Below the pieces are notes generated by a model, which saw nothing but the letters and a program-made list of their open reading frames with translations, was not told where the DNA came from and made no database searches. The position numbers and the translations under genes were made by a program. A stretch of 64,000 nucleotides of DNA from an uncultured Bifidobacterium sp. (lineage in GTDB: Bacteria; Actinomycetota; Actinomycetes; Actinomycetales; Bifidobacteriaceae), in contig NZ_CAUEQY010000004.1 in NCBI RefSeq assembly GCF_959020145.1, positions 13,433 through 77,432 on the forward strand, given 5' to 3'. Positions 41,596 to 50,132 of the stretch are shown here, one piece after another; within the stretch, counting starts at the first letter, position 1; every line of letters begins with the position of its first letter.

Positions 41596-42083
41596 TCAGT
41601 CAAACGGAATGCGCGCGTGGAACATCCATATGCCGTTCTCGCAATCGGTGGAAAGACTTCCTCCGATATGCTCGATTTCAGCCGCGAACTGTCTGAGACC
41701 ATGGCCACCGGGCAGGCTGCCGGAATGCCGGGCACCCATATCATTCACTTCGGTGATTTCCAAGGAATGCGCCTTTACCAGAACCGACACCTCGTACTTG
41801 CCTCCGGAAGGCGCATGACGCGAAACGTTCGCGTACACCTCGCCAATCAACCGGCCGATCACATCCTTATGATAGGCATACGGACGCGCGCACGGGACCA
41901 GAAATAGGCGAGACCGGTCAGCATAATCTGCATGACGGTAAACATCAATGCCATTGGCGAACCGGGGTAACACACCGCCTCATAGACCATCAGAAGTTCG
42001 CACGTCATGATGGCCGCAAGACGGAACGGATGTTTGATTCGCGGCATATCCGGCCACCGGAGCTCTTTGTTCTTTCCGGTCAT
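41596..42083 (-). pseudogene. Sensor histidine kinase with internal deletion and frameshift
   Basis: An N-terminal frame with two hydrophobic segments (ATG 42083, stop 41859) is out of frame with a HATPase C-terminus (EVYANVSRHA N-box, GGHGL G-box, stop 41596). No H-box region is present. Confidence 0.8.
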
Positions 42084-42084
42084 G

Positions 42085-42741
42085 TCAGCGCTCGTTCCCA
42101 TGTTTCAACCATGTGATGATGGCTTGCCGTTGCGTACGGCAGTTCAGTCGTTTGACGATGTTCTGCATGTGCTTGCGCACAGTGGCGATGGATATGCCGA
42201 GTCGTTCGGCTATCTCTCCATCCGTCAGATATTCGTTCGCGCACAGGTTCATGATGGTTTCTTGCGTGTTGGTGAGCGTGGACTCCGCTCGAGCATCGCA
42301 TTTCAGCCTCGCGTAAGCCGCCATCGGAGTTTCAAAACCGGGCAGGAAACATCCTGAAAGGACACGGGAGACGGCTTGTTCGAGCTGTGTCTCGTCACCT
42401 TTACCGACAAGCCCTTGCGCGCCAGCCGCCGCCAGCGGCACGCGATACCGGTTCAGACTGAAGCTGGTCATGCCGAGAATCGGCGTGGAACAGTCTGTCA
42501 GCCGCATGCGACGGCAGACTTCCGGGCCTTGCATACCTTCCAACGACATATCAAGCAGCACAAGAGCATATTGGTCGGCATTTGATGCAAACAATTCCAA
42601 AGCCTCAACTCCGCTGGTAGCCGAATCGACGATACCCACCGCCGGAAGAATCCGCTTGAATAGGTCGGCCAGCGCTTCGATGACGATTTTGTCATCGTCA
42701 ACAAGCAATATCTTCGGACCACCAACCGTTTTCCCCGTCAT
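42085..42741 (-). CDS. NarL/LuxR-family response regulator
   Basis: ILLVDDD, LVLLDM (phospho-Asp), MTS, GLVGK. HTH EIAERLGISIATVRKHMQNI. AAGGAG RBS. Confidence 0.92.
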   Translation of the reverse strand: MTGKTVGGPKILLVDDDKIVIEALADLFKRILPAVGIVDSATSGVEALELFASNADQYALVLLDMSLEGMQGPEVCRRMRLTDCSTPILGMTSFSLNRYRVPLAAAGAQGLVGKGDETQLEQAVSRVLSGCFLPGFETPMAAYARLKCDARAESTLTNTQETIMNLCANEYLTDGEIAERLGISIATVRKHMQNIVKRLNCRTQRQAIITWLKHGNER

Positions 42742-42811
42742 GGTACAACGCTCCTTCCCCCGGGAAACATCCCCCTGCCGCAATACAATACATCATTTCA
42801 TCACCACCCCT

Positions 42812-42826
42812 TACTCATATTGAGTA
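42812..42826. promoter_or_regulatory. Putative response-regulator binding palindrome (copy 2) upstream of the secreted peptide operon
   Basis: TACTCA-TAT-TGAGTA, 13/15 identical to the reverse complement of copy 1. Confidence 0.7.
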
Positions 42827-42912
42827 GATCGTTCGCAATAACCCCGTAAAACAACTCATATCATATGAATCACCGGGCCAAGGCAGTTCGATATGATGAT
42901 GAAAGGTGGACG

Positions 42913-43260
42913 ATGATGTCCTGGATGAAACACAATAAATTAGCGAAAACAATTGCCGCATCAATAGCAGCTGTCGGAATATGCTTCGGCGCCACTGCCG
43001 TGGCGAGTGCTGCATGTCGGTACCCTGTCACCAGTGGCTCATATAGCGAAGGCCCTTATCATGTTGAATGGAGTGTGCAACCGACAAGTTCATATGTAAG
43101 GACTCAAACCGATTACCATAACCAATATTGCTACGCACAGCAAGATAGGACGCAACATTCGCAGACAAGCAGAGCGCTCGCTAAGCAACATTGCTCCGCC
43201 TCAGTCAGCGGAGGCTCTTCATTGACTCAAAATGATTATGTTGAATATTATCAGTATTAG
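42913..43260 (+). CDS. Small Sec-secreted protein, candidate bacteriocin or signal (lactococcin-972-like resemblance, unverified)
   Basis: GAAAGG RBS. Signal peptide ending ASA (about 33 aa), mature chain about 82 aa, Ser/Gln/Tyr-rich, 3 Cys, ends YVEYYQY. Visibly lower GC. Confidence 0.7.
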   Translation: MMSWMKHNKLAKTIAASIAAVGICFGATAVASAACRYPVTSGSYSEGPYHVEWSVQPTSSYVRTQTDYHNQYCYAQQDRTQHSQTSRALAKQHCSASVSGGSSLTQNDYVEYYQY

Positions 43261-43274
43261 GAAGCTCGATCACC

Positions 43275-44015
43275 ATGCGGAATGGAATAGTCCATGTGTT
43301 GAGAAACATCACCACATGCTTGGTAGGCATAACTCTTATCGGCTGCGCGGGCTGTGGGGTGGCTGTCGACCAGCAGGATACGAAACAGCCGACCGGAAGT
43401 GTCGGCAGCGACACATCCAAAGCCAAAATCGCGAATTCGATACCGGATTACATCGATTTCCTTCTTGATTTGGACGCCAAACCCGATACCAAATATCCCA
43501 TGAGTGACGCACAGAAAACGATTCTGAAACGTTCCAGGAAGTCGGGAAGCGTGTCGAAACCGGATTACGAACTCGCCTGGTCGAATTACAAGCAGTGCGT
43601 GACCGGCTATGGGTATACGACACCTGTGCTCAAGCAGTTCTCCAATGGCCTGTACATGATCGCCATGCGCGACACGACAGGCATGAGCGACCAGCAGCGC
43701 AGGAAGTTCAACGAGGATGAGAACAAATGCTATAACACTGAAGTCATTGCGGTGACCGGCGTGTACCAGATGCAGATCGGCAATCCCGGCATGCTTTCCG
43801 ATGGCGACCAGGCCATGGTCGATTGCCTGCATAAGGCCGGTATCGTGCCGAAAAACTACGACAAGGAAGCGTACAAGAAGGATTTGGACGCGCACGCCAA
43901 AAACCAGCCCACCACTGTGGATTTCTCGAATGCCGAAATGCAGAGCTGCTGGGTGGCGAACGGCGCGTCGTTCGGGGACGTCAATGACACCGATCAGTGG
44001 AAGCCGCTCGGCTGA
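43275..44015 (+). CDS. Lipoprotein with four conserved Cys (paralog 2)
   Basis: LIGCAGC lipobox. AWSNYKQC..GY, QIGNP, DCLHKAG, WKPLG match paralog 1. Confidence 0.8.
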   Translation: MRNGIVHVLRNITTCLVGITLIGCAGCGVAVDQQDTKQPTGSVGSDTSKAKIANSIPDYIDFLLDLDAKPDTKYPMSDAQKTILKRSRKSGSVSKPDYELAWSNYKQCVTGYGYTTPVLKQFSNGLYMIAMRDTTGMSDQQRRKFNEDENKCYNTEVIAVTGVYQMQIGNPGMLSDGDQAMVDCLHKAGIVPKNYDKEAYKKDLDAHAKNQPTTVDFSNAEMQSCWVANGASFGDVNDTDQWKPLG

Positions 44016-44030
44016 CCACCGTGTTCCCCG

Positions 44031-45236
44031 TCATATATCAGCATAGAAGTCTCGTTCCTGCGCGACGAACGGGCGCAGGAACGTGGTGATGGCGATGGCG
44101 CATACCAGGAACAGCGCGCCGACGGGGCCGAGCCACATCAGTCCGAAATGGCCGTTGATTAGACCTCCGACCGCGGAACCGATCGCGATGCCGATGTTGA
44201 ACGACATGGAGTTGAGCGACGCGGCCAGGTTCAACGATCCGGGATGCGACTGCGAGGCGACGTCCATATACAGCACTTGGGACGCGGAATTTTGCAGGTA
44301 CATGAACATGCCGAGCACCACCAGCAGCAGCGCGCCGTATACCGGTACCCAATGCGCCACGACAAGCGACGCCATGAGCACCGCATGGGCGCAGTAGATG
44401 GGACGGATGTGCGTCAGCGGCTCCACTCCCCTGCCCCGGTCCGCGAGCTTGCCGCCATACAGGTTGCTCCACAGGCAGGCCGCGCCGAAGATCACCAGTC
44501 CGACACTCAAGTACTGTTCAGGCACATGCACTTCATCGCGCATGATCGGAGTCAGGTATGTGTAGAACACGTAGCTGGCGGCCGCGCCGCACACCACGTC
44601 GAGCACGCCCAACTGGATGCGGCGGTCGAAGAACAGGCGGAACTGCGGCAGGAATCCGATCTTCACGATGTGGCTGTTGCGCGGCAGCACCATGACCATG
44701 CCGATGATGAGAACGATGGTGAGCACATTGATCATATGGAACGCCCAACGCCAACCGAACGTGTTGGCCACCCATGTGCCGACCGGCACGCCCACCACGG
44801 ATGCGATGGAGAAGCCGGAGAACACCCATGCGATGAATTTCGTACGGAATCTGTCCGTTGTCACATCGGGCGCGTACGTCATAGCCACAGCCACCAACGT
44901 TCCGGATACCAAGGCGATCATGATGCGCGCCACCACCAGAACCGCGTAGTTGGGCGCGAACGCGCATAGGATGTTGCCTGCGAGGAATATGCCGATCAGC
45001 GTCAGATGCGTAGCGAATCGCGGGAACCGTGCCGACAGCGCGGATCCGAGCGGGGTGACGGGCGCATACACGAAGGCGAACAGGGACACCAGATTGCCGA
45101 CCGTCACCTCCGATATCTTCAGATCGGCTGCGATGTCGGGCAGGATGCCCACCACGATGAATTCACTCATGCCAAGCATGAAACTCGAGGCGATCAGGAT
45201 AAGCACCGGAAGATTGAAGAACCGTTCCTTTGCCAT
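44031..45236 (-). CDS. MFS efflux transporter (DHA1/PbuE-like)
   Basis: About 12 TMs. FMLGMSEFIVVGILPDIA, GVPVGT, FNIGIAIGSAVGG. Confidence 0.88.
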   Translation of the reverse strand: MAKERFFNLPVLILIASSFMLGMSEFIVVGILPDIAADLKISEVTVGNLVSLFAFVYAPVTPLGSALSARFPRFATHLTLIGIFLAGNILCAFAPNYAVLVVARIMIALVSGTLVAVAMTYAPDVTTDRFRTKFIAWVFSGFSIASVVGVPVGTWVANTFGWRWAFHMINVLTIVLIIGMVMVLPRNSHIVKIGFLPQFRLFFDRRIQLGVLDVVCGAAASYVFYTYLTPIMRDEVHVPEQYLSVGLVIFGAACLWSNLYGGKLADRGRGVEPLTHIRPIYCAHAVLMASLVVAHWVPVYGALLLVVLGMFMYLQNSASQVLYMDVASQSHPGSLNLAASLNSMSFNIGIAIGSAVGGLINGHFGLMWLGPVGALFLVCAIAITTFLRPFVAQERDFYADI

Positions 45237-45327
45237 GCCGCATCTCCCTTCCACACCGGGACATCAATCGATTGACGTAACCAATCCGAGGCAACATTAT
45301 GCCATGCGCGATACAATATGACGCACG

Positions 45328-46254
45328 ATGACACGCAAGACGAACAGCACGCGCAAAGCACGGAAAACCCGCAATCGCAAGCCCCTCAATCTCAAGAATC
45401 TCCGCACCATGTGGCGGAAGGCGAATCCCATCGCACGCATCGGCATGGTCGCCACCGCGACCGTGGCAGCGATCGCGGCGATCGCCATCATCGTGGGGGC
45501 GGTGCGCTTCATCGGCTGGCGCGTGCAGGTGAACGAGGCGCTCACCGCGCAAAGCCAGTCGCAGTCGCAATACGACTTCAATCCCGGCAACATCATTTCC
45601 GACGGCACGTTCTTCAACGGCAATGCGTTGAGCGAGCAGCAGGTCAGCACCATCATCGAACAGCAGGGCGTGGCCTGCAGTGGCGAACGATGCCTGAAGT
45701 CCATGACGTTCAGCACCGAATCGCAGTCCGCGGACGAATATTGCCAGGCTTATGATGGTGGCCCGAACGAAAGCGCGGCGGCGATTGTCTACAAGGCGGG
45801 CAAGGCATGCGGCATCAGCCAGAAGGTGCTGCTCACCGTGTTGCAAAAGGAGCAGCATCTGCTCACGGCCACCAATCCAAACGATTTCCAATTCAAAGCG
45901 GCGATGGGCCTGAGCTGCCCGGATGATGCGAACTGCGACCCCACCTATGCCGGCTTCTTCAAACAGGTGTACGGCGCGGCCAAACGGTACCAGTACTATC
46001 TTCGGCACGAGGGACGCTACGGCTACCATGCCGGACGGCTCAATTACATCCAGTACAATCCAAATGCCAGCTGCGGCGGCAGCAACGTGTACATCGAGAA
46101 CCGAGCGACCGCGCTGCTGTACATATACACCCCGTATCAGCCGAATGCCGCGGCGCTCGAAGCGGGGGCCGGTGAAGGCGATTCCTGCTCGTCATACGGC
46201 AACCGCAATTTCGCGATTATCTACCATTCGATGTTCGGCAGCCCGCGAGGCTGA
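45328..46254 (+). CDS. Membrane-anchored extracellular Cys-rich protein, possible lysozyme-like peptidoglycan-modifying domain
   Basis: Basic N-terminus, one TM, then FNPGNIISD, SAAAIV..AG.ACGI, LQKEQ, CPDDANC, ATALLYIYTPY, YGNRNF. 8 Cys. Confidence 0.65.
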   Translation: MTRKTNSTRKARKTRNRKPLNLKNLRTMWRKANPIARIGMVATATVAAIAAIAIIVGAVRFIGWRVQVNEALTAQSQSQSQYDFNPGNIISDGTFFNGNALSEQQVSTIIEQQGVACSGERCLKSMTFSTESQSADEYCQAYDGGPNESAAAIVYKAGKACGISQKVLLTVLQKEQHLLTATNPNDFQFKAAMGLSCPDDANCDPTYAGFFKQVYGAAKRYQYYLRHEGRYGYHAGRLNYIQYNPNASCGGSNVYIENRATALLYIYTPYQPNAAALEAGAGEGDSCSSYGNRNFAIIYHSMFGSPRG

Positions 46255-46356
46255 TGCATCCCAATGAGGATATGCCGTTCGAGCATATCCTCGACCAGTC
46301 CGACACCGATTCCCCGTGGCCTTTCCGCCATAGACGTGTGCGAAACGCACGAGCAA

Positions 46357-46391
46357 GGCCGCCGCCCGGTTTATGTTCCGGACGGCGGCCT
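46357..46391. terminator. Hairpin downstream of glnA, between convergent genes
   Basis: AGGCCGCCGCCCGG / CCGGACGGCGGCCT. Confidence 0.6.
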
Positions 46392-46425
46392 CGTGTATGA
46401 CGTTTTTTCTATCGATGGTCCGCGA

Positions 46426-47763
46426 TCACAGCTTCGGCAGATACTTCTTCAGCTCGAACGGGGTGACCTGCTTGCGGTACTCATCCCATTCCTGATGCTT
46501 GTTGCGCAGGAAGTATTCGAACGCATGCTCGCCGAGCACATCCGCCACGAAGTCGGATTTCTCCATGATCTTCAGAGCCTCGTCAAGCGATTCCGGCAGC
46601 GGCTGGATGCCCATGGCCTGGCGTTCGGCGTCGGTGAGCTCCCACACGTCGTCACTGGTCGGCTCCCCCAGCTGCATCTGCTTATCGATGCCATCGAGTC
46701 CGGCGGCCAGCAGCACGGAGTATGCGAGGTACGGATTGGCGACCGGGTCCAACGCGCGGAATTCCATACGGGCGGAGTTGCCCTTACCTGGCTTGTACTG
46801 CGGGATGCGCAGCAACGCGGAACGGTTGTTATGGCCCCAGCAGATGTAGCTCGGCGCCTCGGCACCGCCCCACAGCCTCTTGTAGGAGTTGACGTACTGG
46901 TCGGTGACCGCGCAGATCTCGGCCGCGTGGTACAGGATGCCGGCGGCAAACTGACGTGCGGTGACGGACATGTTGAATTCCTGCCCGGCCTCGTAGAACG
47001 CGTTGGCGTCACCTTCGAACAGGCTCAAATGCGTGTGCATGCCAGAGCCCGGAGCGTCGGCGAGAGGCTTCGGCATGAAGCTGGCATGGATGCCTCGCTC
47101 CAGCGAAATCTCCTTGACGACAGTGCGGAAGGTCATGATGTTGTCGGCCGTGGTGAGCGCGTCCGCATATCGCAGATCGATCTCGTTCTGGCCTGGCCCC
47201 GCCTCGTGGTGCGAGTACTCCACCGAGATGCCCATCTGCTCGAGCATGTTGACGGTGGCGCGGCGGAAGTCCATGCCGGGGCTGCGCGGCACATGGTCGA
47301 AGTAGCCGCCCTCATCGATCGGCTTCGGAGTCTGCGCCCAGTCATCCTGCTTTTCAAACAGATAGAATTCAATCTCCGGATGCACGTAGAAGGTGAAACC
47401 CTTCTCCTTGGCCTTGGCCAGCGCTTGCTTGAGCACGTGGCGCGGGTCACCCAACGATGGCTCGCCATCGGGGGTGAGCACGTCGCAGAACATGCGCGCG
47501 GTGCCCTGAGGACCACCTCTCCAGGGAAGAATCTGGAACGTCGACGGATCGGGTTTGACGATCATGTCGTCTTCGGACACGCGGGTAAGGCCTTCCACGG
47601 CGGAACCGTCGAATCCGAGCCCTTCCTCGAATGCGGCTTCCAGTTCCGCCGGCGCGATGGCCACGGACTTCAGTGTTCCCAACACATCCGTGAACCATAG
47701 ACGAATGAAGCGCACGTCGCGTTCCTCGACCGTGCGCAAAGCAAACTCTTGCTGTTTATCCAT
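46426..47763 (-). CDS. glnA: Glutamine synthetase type I (GlnA2-like)
   Basis: FDGS, HPEIEF, HHEAGPGQNE, FMPKP..GSGMHTH, NRSALLRIP, NPYL. Confidence 0.93.
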   Translation of the reverse strand: MDKQQEFALRTVEERDVRFIRLWFTDVLGTLKSVAIAPAELEAAFEEGLGFDGSAVEGLTRVSEDDMIVKPDPSTFQILPWRGGPQGTARMFCDVLTPDGEPSLGDPRHVLKQALAKAKEKGFTFYVHPEIEFYLFEKQDDWAQTPKPIDEGGYFDHVPRSPGMDFRRATVNMLEQMGISVEYSHHEAGPGQNEIDLRYADALTTADNIMTFRTVVKEISLERGIHASFMPKPLADAPGSGMHTHLSLFEGDANAFYEAGQEFNMSVTARQFAAGILYHAAEICAVTDQYVNSYKRLWGGAEAPSYICWGHNNRSALLRIPQYKPGKGNSARMEFRALDPVANPYLAYSVLLAAGLDGIDKQMQLGEPTSDDVWELTDAERQAMGIQPLPESLDEALKIMEKSDFVADVLGEHAFEYFLRNKHQEWDEYRKQVTPFELKKYLPKL

Positions 47764-47825
47764 AGTGTCCAATCGTTCCATGCGCATGTTACGAACGTCG
47801 TTAACACATGCCGTGTCGCGACATG

Positions 47826-48551
47826 TCAGCGTGCGACTTCGAGGGCTTCCTCCAACGTGAAGGCGCGCGCGTACAGCGATTTGCCGAGAATCGCGGCGTC
47901 CACGCCCAGTTCGGCGAGCTCCTTGATGTTGCGCAGGTCGTCGAGCTTGGAGATGCCACCGGATGCGGTGACCTTCGCGTCGGTGCGGGACGCCACTTCG
48001 CGCAGCAGCTCGATGTTCGGGCCGCTCATCATGCCGTCGCGTGCCACGTCGGTGACCACGTAACGGGAGCAGCCGACGGAGTCGAGGAACTTCATGGTCT
48101 CGAACAGGTCGCCACCTTCCTTCACCCAGCCGCGGGCCGCGAGGGTGTGGCCGCGCACGTCAAGGCCGACGGCCACGCGGTCGCCGTACTTCTTGATGAC
48201 GGAAGCGGTCCAGTCGGGGTTCTCCAGAGCCGCGGTGCCGATGTTCACGCGGACCGCGCCGGCTTCGAGCGCCGCGTCGAGCGAGGCGTCGTCGCGCACG
48301 CCGCCGGACATTTCGATGTTGACCTTGTCGCCCAGTTCCTTGACGATGGCGCGCAGCTGGTCACGGTTGTTGCCGGTGCCGAATGCGGCGTCGAGATCGA
48401 CGAGGTGGATCCATTCCGCACCCGATTCCACCCACGTGCGGGCGGCTTCCAGCGGGGAGCCGTAGTCGGTTTCGGAGCCGGATTCGCCTTGGCGCAGGCG
48501 CACGGCCTTGCCATCACGGACGTCGACGGCGGGAAGCAGCGTCAAAGACAT
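47826..48551 (-). CDS. hisA: Phosphoribosyl isomerase A (HisA, probably bifunctional PriA)
   Basis: [37 protein letters not shown]. Confidence 0.94.
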   Translation of the reverse strand: MSLTLLPAVDVRDGKAVRLRQGESGSETDYGSPLEAARTWVESGAEWIHLVDLDAAFGTGNNRDQLRAIVKELGDKVNIEMSGGVRDDASLDAALEAGAVRVNIGTAALENPDWTASVIKKYGDRVAVGLDVRGHTLAARGWVKEGGDLFETMKFLDSVGCSRYVVTDVARDGMMSGPNIELLREVASRTDAKVTASGGISKLDDLRNIKELAELGVDAAILGKSLYARAFTLEEALEVAR

Positions 48552-48662
48552 GTCATACCTTTCGTTGCGTTGAACGGTTTTCGGCCGTTCAACGGATCTT
48601 GCGATTACCGATTTGAATTTACGATTTTGCGATTGTTGCGATTGCCTTGCGCGAATCCGCGT

Positions 48663-49310
48663 TCAGAACGTCGCAACCCAGTTACGCAGCAGCTGCGCGC
48701 CGGCTTCGGCGGATTTCTCCGGATGGAACTGCGTGGCGAACAACGGTCCACGTTCGTAGGCGGCCACGAATCGGCTGCGCCCGTAGGTGCACCACGTCAC
48801 ATGCTCTTCCGCGTCGCCGAAGTCCAGCTGGTCGGCGGAGGTGTCGGCAGGCAAAGCGCTCATCGCGGCAAAGGAGTGCACGAAATAGAATCGTTCGTTC
48901 TCCACGCCCTTGAGCAGCACGGAACCTTCCGGCGCTTCGACGGTGTCCCAACCCATGTGCGGCACCACGTCGGCGTCGAGCAGCTCGACATCGCCCTTGA
49001 TCAGACCGAGACCGGGCGTGCCGTCGCCATGTTCCATGCCACGTTCGAACATGATCTGCTCGCCCACGCAGACGCCGAGCACCGGGCGGCCGGCGCGCAG
49101 ACGGTCTTTGATGACCCTGTCTCCGCCGACGCTTTTCAGTCCTTCCATGCATGCGCCGAACGCGCCCACACCCGGCACCACCAGTCCGTCGGCTTCCAGA
49201 GCCTGACGATGGTCGGACGTGAGGGTCACGTCGAGGTCGAGATTGGCCAACGCGCGCACCATGGAACGCACGTTGCCGAAACCGTAATCGAACACCACCA
49301 CGGAAGTCAT
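48663..49310 (-). CDS. hisH: Imidazole glycerol phosphate synthase glutaminase subunit
   Basis: DYGFGN, PGVGAF, GVCVG, PHMGW, QFHPEKS. Confidence 0.96.
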   Translation of the reverse strand: MTSVVVFDYGFGNVRSMVRALANLDLDVTLTSDHRQALEADGLVVPGVGAFGACMEGLKSVGGDRVIKDRLRAGRPVLGVCVGEQIMFERGMEHGDGTPGLGLIKGDVELLDADVVPHMGWDTVEAPEGSVLLKGVENERFYFVHSFAAMSALPADTSADQLDFGDAEEHVTWCTYGRSRFVAAYERGPLFATQFHPEKSAEAGAQLLRNWVATF

Positions 49311-49361
49311 GGGCGCTCTCCTTCTTTTGCTTGCCGAAGAATCCATCCTTCGGGGAAAAAC

Positions 49362-50132
49362 TTATTCGATGCTTGACGAACCACGACCGAATCGCGTGTG
49401 CTCGGCGAGGATCTTCATGGCGTCATCACGGGTCAGGCTTGCGGAATCGACGGTTTCCACGCCGGAATCACGCACCCCCTGAACGTCGGTGATGCCCAGC
49501 AGCAGGTCTTCGACGAACGGCGCGGTGGAGGTGAACAGCACCGGTGGCGCGAACGTCTGGCCGACCTTGCCTTGCAGGTACATCGTCGCCTCGAGCTTGT
49601 CCGCACGGTTGATCGCGAGGACGGCAGGCATGCCGGAGACCACGGTGGTCAGATCTTTGATGGCCGCTTCCGGGCCATCGCCGTCGAGATTGCGTAATAC
49701 AGCGACCGCGCCTTGCGGTGAGGCGAGGCATTGCGCGGAGATGTCGGACAGTTGGCAGAACGCGGCGAACAGGCGTGCGGAGGCAAGTCGGGTGATGATC
49801 ACCGCGACTTTCGCACGGTTGCCCAGCAGTCCCTGCAACTCGTCGTCGAATGACAGCGAGTTCTCGGCTTCGGACAGTACCGCGTCGGCTTCCTTCGATT
49901 GCAGGCCGTCCTGCGATTCGTCGGAAGACGCATCGGAATTAACCGTCTCATCCGGCTGATCGAATGGCACCTGCGCGGGAGCATCGTTCTGTTGGGCAGC
50001 TTCCTCGTCCTGGAATTCCTTTTCGAAGCCGGCCATGGCCGCTTCCAGCTCCTCTTCGCTGAAATGCATGCCGTCGTCGTTGGTCTTCCCCAAGCCGTCG
50101 AAACCGTTCAAATCGTCCTTGTCGTCGGACAT
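49362..50132 (-). CDS. Conserved hypothetical protein in the his cluster, acidic N-terminus
   Basis: ATG 50132 overlaps the hisB stop (TGATG). Host-like codon usage. Confidence 0.75.
   Translation of the reverse strand: MSDDKDDLNGFDGLGKTNDDGMHFSEEELEAAMAGFEKEFQDEEAAQQNDAPAQVPFDQPDETVNSDASSDESQDGLQSKEADAVLSEAENSLSFDDELQGLLGNRAKVAVIITRLASARLFAAFCQLSDISAQCLASPQGAVAVLRNLDGDGPEAAIKDLTTVVSGMPAVLAINRADKLEATMYLQGKVGQTFAPPVLFTSTAPFVEDLLLGITDVQGVRDSGVETVDSASLTRDDAMKILAEHTRFGRGSSSIE

Noticed and set aside
41596..41973. 125-aa ORF as an independent gene
   Set aside because: The N-terminal part is off-frame sequence; only the C-terminal HATPase portion is meaningful, as part of the kinase pseudogene.
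37723..44030. Island as a self-mobile element
   Set aside because: No integrase, transposase, terminal repeats or target duplication found by eye.
47785..47825. GlnR box upstream of glnA
   Set aside because: The GTTAC and GTTAA half-sites are 7 nt apart rather than 6; support is too weak.
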